Shown: positions 47,410 to 56,776, counted from the first letter of the stretch. The stretch: DNA of 64,000 bases from Mycobacteriales bacterium (GCA_036558285.1 DATBFW010000133.1:102-64101), one strand, 5' to 3'. Notes: a model not told the origin generated them from the sequence alone. Numbers and translations: made by a program.

Positions 47410-47444
47410 CGGGGCCCTGAACCGATCAACGGTTCCGGGCCCCG
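47410..47444 (-). terminator. hairpin downstream of the ABC-transporter operon
   Basis: cggggccctgaaccg-atcaa-cggttccgggccccg: 15-bp stem with one mismatch, starting 15 nt after the 47459 stop. Confidence 0.6.
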
Positions 47445-47458
47445 CGCGACGGTCGGGC

Positions 47459-48382
47459 TCAGCCGAGCCCGTTGCTGGACAGGAAGGACTTGGCCACCGT
47501 CTCCGGGTCCTTCTTGTCGAGGATCACCTGCTTGTCGAGGTCGAGCAGGTTCTCGGTGGTGAGCTTCGCCGACACCGCGTTCAGCGCGTCGGTGACGGTC
47601 TGGCTCGCCTTGGCCTTGTTGATCAGCGGCAGCACGTTCTGCGCGGCGAACAGGAACTTCGGGTCCTCCAGCGCGACCCACCCGTTGGCGACGATGTTCG
47701 GGTCGGTGGTGAACACGTCGGCCGCCTGGATGCTGCCGTTCTTCAGCGCGTTGATCGTCAGCGGGCCGCCGGCGTCGAGCGACTTGAACTGCTTGAACGT
47801 GACGTTGTACTTGGCCTTCAGGCCGGGCTCGCCGGTCTGCCGGGTCTTCCACTCCGGCGGGCCGCCCAGCGTGAGCTGGCCGGCGACCGGCTGCAGGTCC
47901 GCGATCGACTTGAGGTTGTACTTGTCCGCGGTCTGCTTGGTGACCGTGATCGAGTCCTTGTCCTCGGCGGTCGACTGGTCGAGGACGGTGAGCTTCGCCG
48001 GCACCTTGGTCTTCAGCGCCGCGTACACGTCGTCGGAGGTGACCTGCGTGGCGTTCTTGTCGAAGTACTGCAGGAGCACGCCGCTGTACTCCGGGATCAG
48101 GTCGATCGAGCCGTCCTGCAGGCCGGGAATGTAGGTCTCCCGGCTGCCGATGTTGAGCTTGGTGCTGACCTTGACGCCCTTCGCGGTGAGCGCCCCCGCG
48201 TAGATCTGCGCCAGCAGCGTGCTCTCCGGGAAGTTGGCCGAGCCCACGACGATCGTGTCGGACGGCGCGGCGGAGGCGCTCCCGGTGGACAGCGGGTTGT
48301 TGTCCCCACCGCCACCGCAGGCGGCGAGGGCCAGCGCAGCGACCGTAGCGACGCTGGCCAGGATGACTCTGTTCCGTCTCAT
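47459..48382 (-). CDS. glycine betaine/choline-type ABC transporter substrate-binding lipoprotein
   Basis: 307-aa ORF. Lipobox LALAACGGG. IVVGSANFPESTLLAQIYAGAL, DLIPEYSG. Confidence 0.85.
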   Translation of the reverse strand: MRRNRVILASVATVAALALAACGGGGDNNPLSTGSASAAPSDTIVVGSANFPESTLLAQIYAGALTAKGVKVSTKLNIGSRETYIPGLQDGSIDLIPEYSGVLLQYFDKNATQVTSDDVYAALKTKVPAKLTVLDQSTAEDKDSITVTKQTADKYNLKSIADLQPVAGQLTLGGPPEWKTRQTGEPGLKAKYNVTFKQFKSLDAGGPLTINALKNGSIQAADVFTTDPNIVANGWVALEDPKFLFAAQNVLPLINKAKASQTVTDALNAVSAKLTTENLLDLDKQVILDKKDPETVAKSFLSSNGLG

Positions 48383-48437
48383 CGAGGTGTCTCCTGTTGA
48401 GGTACGGCCGCCTGCGGGCCGGTGGCATGTGCACTGA

Positions 48438-49190
48438 CTAAGTGGTCGGGACGACGGACCCTTCCTGGGACGAGGAGATCAGGACCGGTCGCCGGCGCGG
48501 ACCGGCGGTGCGGAAGCGCCCGGTCACACCGGGTGACACGACCAGCCGCTGGATGCCGGCGACGAGCAGGTCGAGCACGATAGCCAGCACGCCGACGAGC
48601 ACGGCACCGGCCGCCATCTGCGAGTAGTCCCGCTGGGACTGGCCGTCGAGGATGAACCGGCCGAGCCCGCCGAGGGAGACGTACGCCGCGATCGTTGCGG
48701 TCGCCACGATCTGCAGCATCGAGCTGCGGACGCCGGACAGGATCAACGGCATCGCGTTCGGCACCTCGACCCGCCACAGCACCTGGGAGCCGGTCATGCC
48801 CATCCCCTTGGCGGCGTCCCGGGCGGCCGGGTCGACGGCCTGGATCCCCGCGTACGTGGCCGAGAGCACGGCCGGGATGCCGAGGATCACCAGCACCAGG
48901 ATGGACGGCAGCAGGTAGGCGAGGCTGGCCGGCAGCCGGCCGGAGATCAGCAGCACGACGTAGACCAGCAGGCCGAAGTCGGGCAGCGCGCGCAGCGCGT
49001 TGGCGCTGCCGGCGATCGCGACCGAGCCGCGGCCCGTGTGCCCGACGAACAGGCCGAGCGGCAGCGCGATCAGGCAGACGAACGCCAGCGCCAGGAACGT
49101 GTACTCCAGGTGCTCGAGCACCCGCGCCGGCACGCCTTCCGGGCCGGACCAGTGCGCGCTGTTGCCGAGGTAGTCCCAGATCACGCCCAT
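48438..49190 (-). CDS. ABC transporter permease
   Basis: 250-aa multi-TM ORF with the EAA-like loop AARDAAKGMGMTGSQVLWRVEVPNAMP. Confidence 0.85.
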   Translation of the reverse strand: MGVIWDYLGNSAHWSGPEGVPARVLEHLEYTFLALAFVCLIALPLGLFVGHTGRGSVAIAGSANALRALPDFGLLVYVVLLISGRLPASLAYLLPSILVLVILGIPAVLSATYAGIQAVDPAARDAAKGMGMTGSQVLWRVEVPNAMPLILSGVRSSMLQIVATATIAAYVSLGGLGRFILDGQSQRDYSQMAAGAVLVGVLAIVLDLLVAGIQRLVVSPGVTGRFRTAGPRRRPVLISSSQEGSVVPTT

Positions 49191-49191
49191 G

Positions 49192-49833
49192 TCAGGACAC
49201 CGCCCGCTGCCAGGTCGTCAGCCGCCGGCCGGTGAGCACGATCGTGGTGTCCAGGATCAGCGCCAGCAGGACGCAGAGCAGGATGCCCAGCAGCACGATG
49301 CTGCCGACGTCGAGGGTGAACCCCTCGGTGAACAGCGAGCCGAGCTGGTTGACCCCGATCAGCGCGCCGACCGAGACCAGACCCACGTTGGACGCCGCGG
49401 CGACCCGCGCACCGGCGACGATCACCGGCACCGCGATCGGCAGGTCGACGCGGAGGAACCGGCCGAGGCCGGTGAAGCCCATCGCCACCGCCGCCGAGCG
49501 GACGTCGGCCGGTACGGACAGGAGCGCGTCGGCGATCACCCGGACCATCAGCGCGACCGTGTAGATCGTCAGCGCCACGACCACGTTGATCGGCGACAGG
49601 ATCTTGGTGTGGATGATCGACGGCATGATCACGAACAGCGCGACCGACGGCAGCGTGTAGAGCAGGCCGGCGAGGTTGATCACGCCGGGGTAGACCCGCC
49701 GGTAGCGGCTGGCCAGCCAGCCCAGCGGGATCGCCAGCACCAGCCCGATCACCAGCGGCAACACCGCGAGCCAGGCGTGCGTGTAGAACCGCTCGACCGT
49801 CTGCTGGAAGTGGTCCTGCAGGTAGGTGATCAT
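49192..49833 (-). CDS. ABC transporter permease
   Basis: ATG 49833 overlaps the ATPase stop (ATGA). MITYLQDHF..., EAA-like VRSAAVAMGFTGLGRFLRVDLPIAVP. Confidence 0.85.
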   Translation of the reverse strand: MITYLQDHFQQTVERFYTHAWLAVLPLVIGLVLAIPLGWLASRYRRVYPGVINLAGLLYTLPSVALFVIMPSIIHTKILSPINVVVALTIYTVALMVRVIADALLSVPADVRSAAVAMGFTGLGRFLRVDLPIAVPVIVAGARVAAASNVGLVSVGALIGVNQLGSLFTEGFTLDVGSIVLLGILLCVLLALILDTTIVLTGRRLTTWQRAVS

Positions 49834-50969
49834 TCGCGGCCCCTGGCGGCAGGCTCCGGCTCCCGCGCCTCGTCCGTGTTGCGCTGCGCGTCGATCCGCT
49901 CCACCACCTCGCGGGCGGTGATCGTGCCGAGCAGCCGGCCCTCGCCGTCGGCGATCACGCCGCGGCCGGACGGCGCCGACAGCGCGGCGTCGAGCGCCGC
50001 CCGCAGCGAGTCGTCCTCCTTGGCCACGGTGCCGCCGCGGTGCAGCAGCTCCGGCTCGACGGTCGCGCCCCGGCGCAACTGCCGCACGTCGACCCAGCCC
50101 TGCGGGCGCCCGTCGCCGTCGACCGCCAGCACCCAGCCGTCCCTGGCCTCGCGCGCGGCCTCGGCCTGGTCGGCGCCGAGCGGGACCGTCGGCTCCTTGA
50201 CCAGCGGCAGGTCGCCGGCGGCGCGGAAGCCGAGTGACCGGTAGCCGCGGTCGCGGCCGACGAAGCCGGCCACGAAGTCGTCCACCGGAGCGGCGAGCAG
50301 CTCGGCCGGGGTGGCGAGCTGGGCGAGCTTGCCGCCGACCCGCATCACGCCGACCTCGTCGCCGAGCTTCACCGCCTCGTCGATGTCGTGGGTGACGAAC
50401 AGGATCGTCTTGTCGAGCTCGGACTGCAGCCGGAGGAACTCGTTCTGCAGCTCGGCCCGGACCACCGGGTCGACCGCGCTGAACGGCTCGTCCATCAGCA
50501 TCACCGGCGGGTCCGCGGCCAGCGCGCGGGCGACGCCGACCCGCTGCTGCTGCCCGCCGGAGAGCTGGGCCGGGTAACGCCCGGCGAGCTCGGTCGGCAG
50601 CCCGACCCGCTCCATCAGCTCCATCGACCGCTGCCTGGCCTTGCGCTTGTCCCAGCCGAGCAGCAGCGGGACGGTCGCGATGTTGTCGGCGATCGTCCGG
50701 TGCGGGAACAGGCCAGCCTGCTGGATCACGTAGCCGATGCCGCGGCGCAGCTGCGCCGCGGGCACCGAGGCGGTGTTCCGGTCGTCCAGCCAGACCGTGC
50801 CGGAGGTCGGCTCGACCATCCGGTTGACCATCCGCAGCGAGGTGGTCTTGCCGCAGCCCGACGGCCCGACCAGGACGGTGATCTGCCCGGAGGGCGCGAC
50901 CAGGTCGAGCCCGTCGACTGCCGTCGTGCCGTCCGGATACCGCTTCACCACCGAGTCGAACTTGATCAC
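49830..50969 (-). CDS. ABC transporter ATP-binding protein with C-terminal CBS-like domain
   Basis: Walker A GPSGCGKTT, signature LSGGQQQRV, Walker B MLMDEPFSAVD. Start GTG 50969 (VIKFDSVVKRY) is uncertain; 50978 or 51011 are possible. Confidence 0.85.
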   Translation of the reverse strand: MIKFDSVVKRYPDGTTAVDGLDLVAPSGQITVLVGPSGCGKTTSLRMVNRMVEPTSGTVWLDDRNTASVPAAQLRRGIGYVIQQAGLFPHRTIADNIATVPLLLGWDKRKARQRSMELMERVGLPTELAGRYPAQLSGGQQQRVGVARALAADPPVMLMDEPFSAVDPVVRAELQNEFLRLQSELDKTILFVTHDIDEAVKLGDEVGVMRVGGKLAQLATPAELLAAPVDDFVAGFVGRDRGYRSLGFRAAGDLPLVKEPTVPLGADQAEAAREARDGWVLAVDGDGRPQGWVDVRQLRRGATVEPELLHRGGTVAKEDDSLRAALDAALSAPSGRGVIADGEGRLLGTITAREVVERIDAQRNTDEAREPEPAARGRE

Positions 50970-51131
50970 TGGTATCACTGCCTCTGGAGTGCGGTGCGGC
51001 AGGCGGGGCACGGTGGCTCATGTCTACCAAGGCCCGCTGACGTTTACCCGGTGGCGCGTCGTCGCACTCCCGCGCTGGGTCGCGGTGCCTTGAGGTCAGG
51101 ATCCGGCCGCTTCAGTGCCTAGGGTCGGGTC

Positions 51132-52208
51132 GTGATCTCGGACCGTGCCCTGAACCGTACCCTGCTGCGCCGACAGCTCCTCCTCGACCGGGTCGACCGT
51201 CCGGCGCTGGACGTGGTCGAGCACCTGGTCGGGCTGCAGGCGCAGGAGCCGGCCGATCCGTACGTCGCGCTCTGGGACCGGATCGCCGGCTTCGAACCGG
51301 CCGAGCTGGCCGGGGCGGTGGCGAGTGGGGACGCCGTCCGGATCGCGCTGCAACGCTCGACCATCCACCTGGTCAGCGCGGCCGACTGCGCCCGGCTGCG
51401 GCCGGTGCTGCAGCCCGTGCTGGAGCGGATGGCGCGTTCGAGCTTCGGCACCAGGCTGGCCGGGGTGGACCAGGGCGAGCTGGCCGAGCAGGCGAGCGCG
51501 CTGGTCGCCGTGCGGCCGCTGACCTTCGGCGAGCTGGGCCGGCTGCTGCGCGAGCGCTGGCCGGAGCGGCCGGAGATCGCGCTGGCCCAGACCGCCCGGG
51601 CGCTGGTGCCGATGGTGCAGCTGCCGCCGCGCGGGGTCTGGGGCCGCAGCGGGCGGGCGCTGCACGGGCTGGCCGCCGACCGGATCGACCGGCCGTTCGC
51701 CGCCGACCCGGCGCCGGACCGGCTGGTGCTGCGCTACCTGGCCGCGTTCGGCCCGGCGACGGTCGCCGACGTGCAGAACTGGTCGGGCCTGACCCGGCTG
51801 GCCGAGGTGGTCGACCGGCTCCGACCCGGGCTGCGTACCGACCGGGCCGAGGACGGGCGGGAGCTGCTCGACCTGCCGGACGCACCCCGAGCGGAGCCGG
51901 ATGTGCCGGCTCCGGTGCGGTTCCTGCCGCAGTACGACAACGTGCTGCTCGGCCACGCCGACCGCGGCCGGATCGTGCCGGCCGGTGCGGCGGCGCTGTT
52001 CGACGAGCAGTACCACTGGTCGCCGGTGCTGGTGGACGGCATGCTGCGGGCGTCCTGGCGGCTCGACCGCAAGGCCGGCGTGTTGCACGTCCGGGCGCCC
52101 GGCCTGTCCCGTGTGGAACGGACGGCGGTGGCCGAGGAGGGACTTGCCCTCCTCGGCCTGCTCGCCCCCGCGGCGTCCGAACCGGACGTCGTGGTCAGCT
52201 CCGGGTGA
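51132..52208 (+). CDS. winged-helix DNA-binding domain protein (YcaQ/DUF1006-like)
   Basis: 358-aa ORF (GTG start). LLRRQLL...VVEHLVGLQAQEP, LRYLAAFGPATVADVQNWSGL, RFLPQYDNVLLGH. Confidence 0.8.
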   Translation: MISDRALNRTLLRRQLLLDRVDRPALDVVEHLVGLQAQEPADPYVALWDRIAGFEPAELAGAVASGDAVRIALQRSTIHLVSAADCARLRPVLQPVLERMARSSFGTRLAGVDQGELAEQASALVAVRPLTFGELGRLLRERWPERPEIALAQTARALVPMVQLPPRGVWGRSGRALHGLAADRIDRPFAADPAPDRLVLRYLAAFGPATVADVQNWSGLTRLAEVVDRLRPGLRTDRAEDGRELLDLPDAPRAEPDVPAPVRFLPQYDNVLLGHADRGRIVPAGAAALFDEQYHWSPVLVDGMLRASWRLDRKAGVLHVRAPGLSRVERTAVAEEGLALLGLLAPAASEPDVVVSSG

Positions 52209-52707
52209 ACCTCAGCTCGGCCGCCATCGCGATGCGGTGGCCGACCATGAACCGCGGTGCCCGGATCCGCGTGCTGGTCCGGTCGAACGCGCCGGTGATC
52301 AGGACCGCGATCGCGCCCGGAGCCGGGTCCGGCAGCCGGCGCGCGTGCAGGGTCACCGGCGTCTCCGCCCCGCCGACTGTGAGCATCGCCGGCACGACCC
52401 AGCCCTCGTCGGCCGGTTCGAACCGGAGCGCCCGGAGCCCGATGTGCGGGTGCCGCTCGGCGTGGAAGAAGTTCGGCCCGCGCAGGTGCCCGTCCCGCTG
52501 GGCGATCCCGGTCTCGACGGAGTCGGCGCGCAGCGCGCCCTCGGCCGCCACCGGTCGGCCACCGGTCACGGTGACGGTGCCGCGGTCCATCGCCAGCGTG
52601 CCGGTGACCGTACGGATGCCGAAGTTGCGGGCCGAGAACGTCGCCCTGGAGTCGGCCGAAACCGTCCAGGTGCCGTCGCGCAGCTCGGTCCCGGTCGTGG
52701 TCGTCAT
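52195..52707 (-). CDS. YceI family protein
   Basis: ATG 52707 with RBS AAGGAG. TWTVSADSRATFSARNFGIRTVTGT..., DSVETGIAQRDGHLRGPNFFHAERHP. Confidence 0.85.
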   Translation of the reverse strand: MTTTTGTELRDGTWTVSADSRATFSARNFGIRTVTGTLAMDRGTVTVTGGRPVAAEGALRADSVETGIAQRDGHLRGPNFFHAERHPHIGLRALRFEPADEGWVVPAMLTVGGAETPVTLHARRLPDPAPGAIAVLITGAFDRTSTRIRAPRFMVGHRIAMAAELRFTRS

Positions 52708-52732
52708 CGTGAATTCTCCTTGTCTCGTCGGT

Positions 52733-52769
52733 GATTCGACGATCCGCCCGCTCGGGGGTGCGTCGAATC
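52733..52769. other. inverted repeat GATTCGACG-N19-CGTCGAATC
   Basis: Perfect 9-bp arms between the 52830 gene end and the 52707 start. It could be a terminator or an operator; I cannot tell which. Confidence 0.4.
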
Positions 52770-52829
52770 GCCGGTTGTGCTGAATCGGGGTCGTGCTTCC
52801 GGCTCGCAGTTCGGCCGAAAGTCGGAGGG

Positions 52830-53402
52830 TCAGGTGCTCGGCGCGGCGACCGGCAGGTCGGCGTGCAGCAGCCGCAGGATCGTCAGGTCGTCCGGGCCGG
52901 TCAGGTGCTCCGGCTTCTCCCACGGCAGCAGCTCGGTGGACATGATCGCGACGGCGCCGGCCTCCAGCGTCTCGACCGACTCGGCCAGCGTCAGCGCGAC
53001 CCGACCACCGTCCGAAGTGGACCCGACGAGCCCGGCGACCAAGCCGGGCACGTCCTGGACGGCCGGCCAGCCGCGCTCCGGGACGCTGCGGTCGAAGGCG
53101 GCGCACCACTCCGGGCTGCGCCCGACGAACGTGGTCAGCTGCAGGTAGCGCGCCGGTCCGGTGCCGCGCCCGGGCCGCTGGTCGACGATCTCGTACCCGG
53201 TGCCGGGTCGGACGCTGACCGGTCCGGCGGTGAAACCGGCCCTGGCGGCGGTGCCGAACGCGACGAGCACGCCGGGCCCCAAGCCGATGGCCCGGGCGAC
53301 GAGCGCGCCCGCCGGGCGGACGAGACGGGCGAGCACGGCATCGACCCAGGAGTTGTCCTGTGGTCCGGGTACGCCGTCGACGAGGTGAACGGTGGCCTGC
53401 AT
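52830..53402 (-). CDS. hypothetical protein (190 aa)
   Basis: ATG 53402 with RBS GAGGAG. High GC3. MQATVHLVDGVPGPQDNSWVD... No motif I recognise. The upstream part of ORF 52830..54392 is a shadow of the LuxR gene. Confidence 0.6.
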   Translation of the reverse strand: MQATVHLVDGVPGPQDNSWVDAVLARLVRPAGALVARAIGLGPGVLVAFGTAARAGFTAGPVSVRPGTGYEIVDQRPGRGTGPARYLQLTTFVGRSPEWCAAFDRSVPERGWPAVQDVPGLVAGLVGSTSDGGRVALTLAESVETLEAGAVAIMSTELLPWEKPEHLTGPDDLTILRLLHADLPVAAPST

Positions 53403-53478
53403 CGCGGGCTCCTCACGGTGGTTTGGGCTGGCTCCCTGTCGCCCTCGACGATCGGCCGGCTCCGCGATTCGGACCTCA

Positions 53479-56226
53479 GTGCTGGCACTGACCGCGATAC
53501 TCAACCCCGTGCACGGCAGCCGCGCGTTCGTCGGCCGCGGCCCGGAGCTGGGGCTGGTGCTCGACCGGCTGCACGCGACCGGCGCGGGCCGCGGCGGCGT
53601 GCTGCTCGTCTCCGGGGCCGCCGGGATCGGCAAGACCCGGCTCGTCGAGGAAGCCCTGTCCCGGTACGGCGGAACCGCGCTGGTCGGCCGCGGGCAGTGC
53701 ACCGACGACCCGGGCGCGCCCCCGTTCTGGCCGTGGTCGCGGGCGCTGCGCGCGGTCGACCGGGCCGGCACCGGCGGAACTGCGTTGTCCGCGGCGCTGC
53801 CGGCCGAGCGGGCGGTGCCGGCGGAGCCCGCGGTCGCGGTGGCGGAGCGGTTCCGGGCGCTGACCGCGGCCACCGACGCGCTGCTGCGGGCGGCCGGCGA
53901 GCGGCCGGTCGTGCTCGTGCTGGAGGATCTGCACTGGGCCGACGCCGAGTCGCTCGACCTGCTGCGCCGGGTCGCCGCCGAGGCCGCGGCCGCCCCCCTG
54001 CTCGTGCTGGGAACCCACCGGGACCTGCTGCCCGAGCGCGCCGCGGCCGCGATCGCCGACGTCCGCCGCGATCCCGGCACCGACGCCGTGCCGCTGCCGC
54101 CGCTGACCGAGGCCGAGGTCGGCGAGTACGTCGGCGGGTCGGGGGCGGACGCGTACCGGCGCACCGGCGGGCTGCCGCTGCTGCTCGCGGCCGGCGGGGA
54201 CCTGCGCGTGGTGGTGGCCGGCATGCTGGCCGGGCTCTCGCCGGCCGACCGGGCGGTGGTGGAGGCGCTGGCGCTGCTCGGCGACGGCGCCGGGCCGGGT
54301 GTGCTGGCCGAGGTCGCCGGCACCGACCCCGACCCGGCGCTGGCTGCCGCCCGCCGCGCCGGCCTGCTGGGCGCCCCGACCGAGGACGGCACGCCGTTCG
54401 CTCACGCGCTGCTGCAGGACGGCGTGCGGGCGGCGGTGCCACCGGCTGCCGCCGTACCGATCCATGAGCGGGCGGCGTGCGCGCTGTCCGAGCGGCTCCC
54501 AGGTCGGGCCGCCGCGCACTGGCGGGCCGCCGGCCGGCACCGCGAGGCCGCCGACTGCGCGATGCGGGCGGCCGAGCAGGCCGGGCGCGCGCTCGCTCTC
54601 GACGACGCGGTCCGGCAGCTGCAGGATGCGACCGACTCGCTGGCCGCCGCCGGCGCCGACGACACCGAGCTCGCCGAGGTGCTGGTCCGGCTGGCCAGCG
54701 CCGAGTTCGTGGCCGGCCGGATCCCGGACAGCGCGGCCCGGGCGGAGGCGGCGGCCGACGCGGCCACCCGCGCCGGCCGGCAGGACCTCGTCGCCCGGGC
54801 CGCACTCGTGCTGCGCGGCGTCACCAACCCGCACGTGGCGCCGGTCGTGGAGGCACTGTGCCGGCGGGCGCTCGCGACCGAGCAGCCGACGGCGGTACGG
54901 GCCCGGCTGCTGGCCGAGCTCGCCGCGATGGCCGCGGAGAACGGTGACCCGGCCGACGCCGATCGGCTCGCCGCGGAGGCGCTCCGGCTGGCCGAGCAGG
55001 ACGGCGACCCGATCGCCGTGCTGGACGCCGCCCGGGCCCGCGAGCTGACCCTGCTGACCGCCGACTCGGTGGACGAGCGGGTGCGGCTGGGCCGGCTCGC
55101 GATCGCGACCGGGGCAGAGACAGGCCAGCCGCTGTCGGCCGTGCTCGGCGCCGGCTGGCAGCTGCGCGCCGGCTACCAGCTGGCCCGCCTCGACATCGTC
55201 GACGAGGCGTTCGCGGTGCTCGACCGGGTGGCCGAGCGGACCGGGCAGCCGCTGGCCCGCTGGCACCAGCAGCGGGCGACCGCGGCCAGGGCCACCCTGG
55301 AGGGCCGGTTCGCCGCCGCCCGGGCCGCCAGCCAGCGGGCCAGGGACGTGGCCGAAGGGCTCGGCGATCCGACCACGATCGGCATGTTCTACGCACACGC
55401 CGGCCACCTCGCCCTGCTGCGCGGCGACCGCGGCGACCTGCCCGGCGACGTCATGTCGCAGTTCGACGAGCTGGCCGACGAGTTCCGCGCGGTGCCGACG
55501 ATGCCGCTGATCCGGGCCAGCCAGGCTCAGGTGATGCTGCTGTTCGGCCGGCGCGACGAGGCGTTCGAGATGTGGGACGACCTGCGGACCCGGTTCGACC
55601 ACATGCCGTACGACTTCCGCTGGGGCGGGATGGTGCTGCTGCTGGCCGACCTGGCCGTGTCGTTCGCCGACAGGCCCACCGCCGAGATACTCATCGGCGC
55701 ACTGGCGGAGTGGACCGACTGCCCGGGCGTGGTGGGCGTGTCCACCGCGTACTTCTCCGGTTCGCCGCTGCGCGAGATCGGCCTGCTGCACGCGACGGCC
55801 GGCCGGCCGGCCGAGGCGGCGGCCTGTCTGCGCCGGGCGATCGCCGCGAACCAGGCGGTCCGCGGCCGGCCGTACGTGGCGCTGTGCCGGCTGGAGCTGG
55901 CGGTGGCGTTGCGGGCGACCGGCGACCTGGACGAGGCCGCCGACCTGGTACGCGTCGCGGCGGCCGAGTTCCGCCGGCTGGACATGCCCGGACCGCTCGC
56001 CCGCGCCGACCGCCTCGACGCCGAGCTGGCCTCGGCCCGCCGGAACGCCGACCCGCTGACCGCGCGCGAGCGGGAGGTGGCGGAGCTGGTCGTGCAGGCG
56101 CTGAGCAACCGGGAGATCGCCGAATCGCTGGTGCTCTCCGAGCGGACCGTCGAAAGCCACGTCCGCAGCATCCTGAGCAAGCTCGGCCTGACCAACCGGG
56201 CCGAGCTGATCGCCCGCCGCCGCTGA
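53479..56226 (+). CDS. LuxR-family transcriptional regulator, LAL type (AAA ATPase + TPR-like + HTH)
   Basis: ORF 53392..56226, probable GTG 53479 or 53509. FVGRGPELG, Walker A SGAAGIGKTRL, VLVLEDLHWAD, C-terminal LTAREREVAELVVQALSNREIAESLVLSERTVESHVRSILSKLGL. Confidence 0.9.
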   Translation: MLALTAILNPVHGSRAFVGRGPELGLVLDRLHATGAGRGGVLLVSGAAGIGKTRLVEEALSRYGGTALVGRGQCTDDPGAPPFWPWSRALRAVDRAGTGGTALSAALPAERAVPAEPAVAVAERFRALTAATDALLRAAGERPVVLVLEDLHWADAESLDLLRRVAAEAAAAPLLVLGTHRDLLPERAAAAIADVRRDPGTDAVPLPPLTEAEVGEYVGGSGADAYRRTGGLPLLLAAGGDLRVVVAGMLAGLSPADRAVVEALALLGDGAGPGVLAEVAGTDPDPALAAARRAGLLGAPTEDGTPFAHALLQDGVRAAVPPAAAVPIHERAACALSERLPGRAAAHWRAAGRHREAADCAMRAAEQAGRALALDDAVRQLQDATDSLAAAGADDTELAEVLVRLASAEFVAGRIPDSAARAEAAADAATRAGRQDLVARAALVLRGVTNPHVAPVVEALCRRALATEQPTAVRARLLAELAAMAAENGDPADADRLAAEALRLAEQDGDPIAVLDAARARELTLLTADSVDERVRLGRLAIATGAETGQPLSAVLGAGWQLRAGYQLARLDIVDEAFAVLDRVAERTGQPLARWHQQRATAARATLEGRFAAARAASQRARDVAEGLGDPTTIGMFYAHAGHLALLRGDRGDLPGDVMSQFDELADEFRAVPTMPLIRASQAQVMLLFGRRDEAFEMWDDLRTRFDHMPYDFRWGGMVLLLADLAVSFADRPTAEILIGALAEWTDCPGVVGVSTAYFSGSPLREIGLLHATAGRPAEAAACLRRAIAANQAVRGRPYVALCRLELAVALRATGDLDEAADLVRVAAAEFRRLDMPGPLARADRLDAELASARRNADPLTAREREVAELVVQALSNREIAESLVLSERTVESHVRSILSKLGLTNRAELIARRR

Positions 56227-56250
56227 CCCGCCGGACGGGTTCGCTCACCC

Positions 56251-56366
56251 GCCGCCAGCGAGCGGGCGCGTCCGCTGCCGCCGCCAGCGAGCGGGCGGGG
56301 TCGCTGCCGCTGCCAGCGAGCGGGCGCGTCCGCTGCCGCCGCTAGCGAGCGGGCGGGGAGTCGCCG
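56251..56366. repeat. 29-nt tandem repeat x4 (A-B-A-B pattern), last copy forming the 3' end of the MarR gene
   Basis: gccgccagcgagcgggcgcgtccgctgcc / gccgccagcgagcgggcggggtcgctgcc / gctgccagcgagcgggcgcgtccgctgcc / gccgctagcgagcgggcggggagtcgcc. A degenerate copy lies at 56225-56250. Each unit has AGCGG-N6-CCGCT hairpin potential. Confidence 0.9.
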
Positions 56367-56776
56367 AGGCGGGCGAGCAGGTCGGCGGCGTCGGCGAGCA
56401 GGGTCCGTTCCGCGTCGGTCAGCTCCCGGTCCAGCGCGCCGGCCAGCCACTCGTCCCGCTGCCGCATGTCCGCCACCAGCGCGGCCCGGCCGGCGGCGGT
56501 GATCCGCAGCCGGTGCTGCCGGCCGTCGGTCGGGTCCGGGAAGCGCTCCGCCAGCCCGTCGCGGACCAGTTCGGCCAGCACCCTGGTCACCGACTGCGGC
56601 TGCAGCCGGTCGGCCGCCGCGAGCGCGGACGGGGTGAGTGGGCCGCGCCGGGCCAGGTGCCCGAGCATGCTGATCTTGGTGAGGCTCAGCCCGGCGGCCG
56701 ACCGCTCACCCTGCAGCCGGCGGGACAGGCGCAGCACGCCGTCGCGGAGCGAGGCCGCCTCGGCCAACGGGTCCAT
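56342..56776 (-). CDS. MarR family transcriptional regulator
   Basis: 144-aa ORF. LSLTKISMLGHLARRGPLTPSALAAADRLQPQSVTRVLAELVRDGLAER, DGRQHRLRITAAG. Confidence 0.9.
   Translation of the reverse strand: MDPLAEAASLRDGVLRLSRRLQGERSAAGLSLTKISMLGHLARRGPLTPSALAAADRLQPQSVTRVLAELVRDGLAERFPDPTDGRQHRLRITAAGRAALVADMRQRDEWLAGALDRELTDAERTLLADAADLLARLGDSPPAR

Noticed and set aside
47362-47458. Cobalamin or SAM riboswitch upstream of the MetE-like gene.
   Set aside because: The leader is only 97 nt and is occupied by a simple hairpin and a palindrome. I could not discern a B12-box or a SAM-IV-like core.
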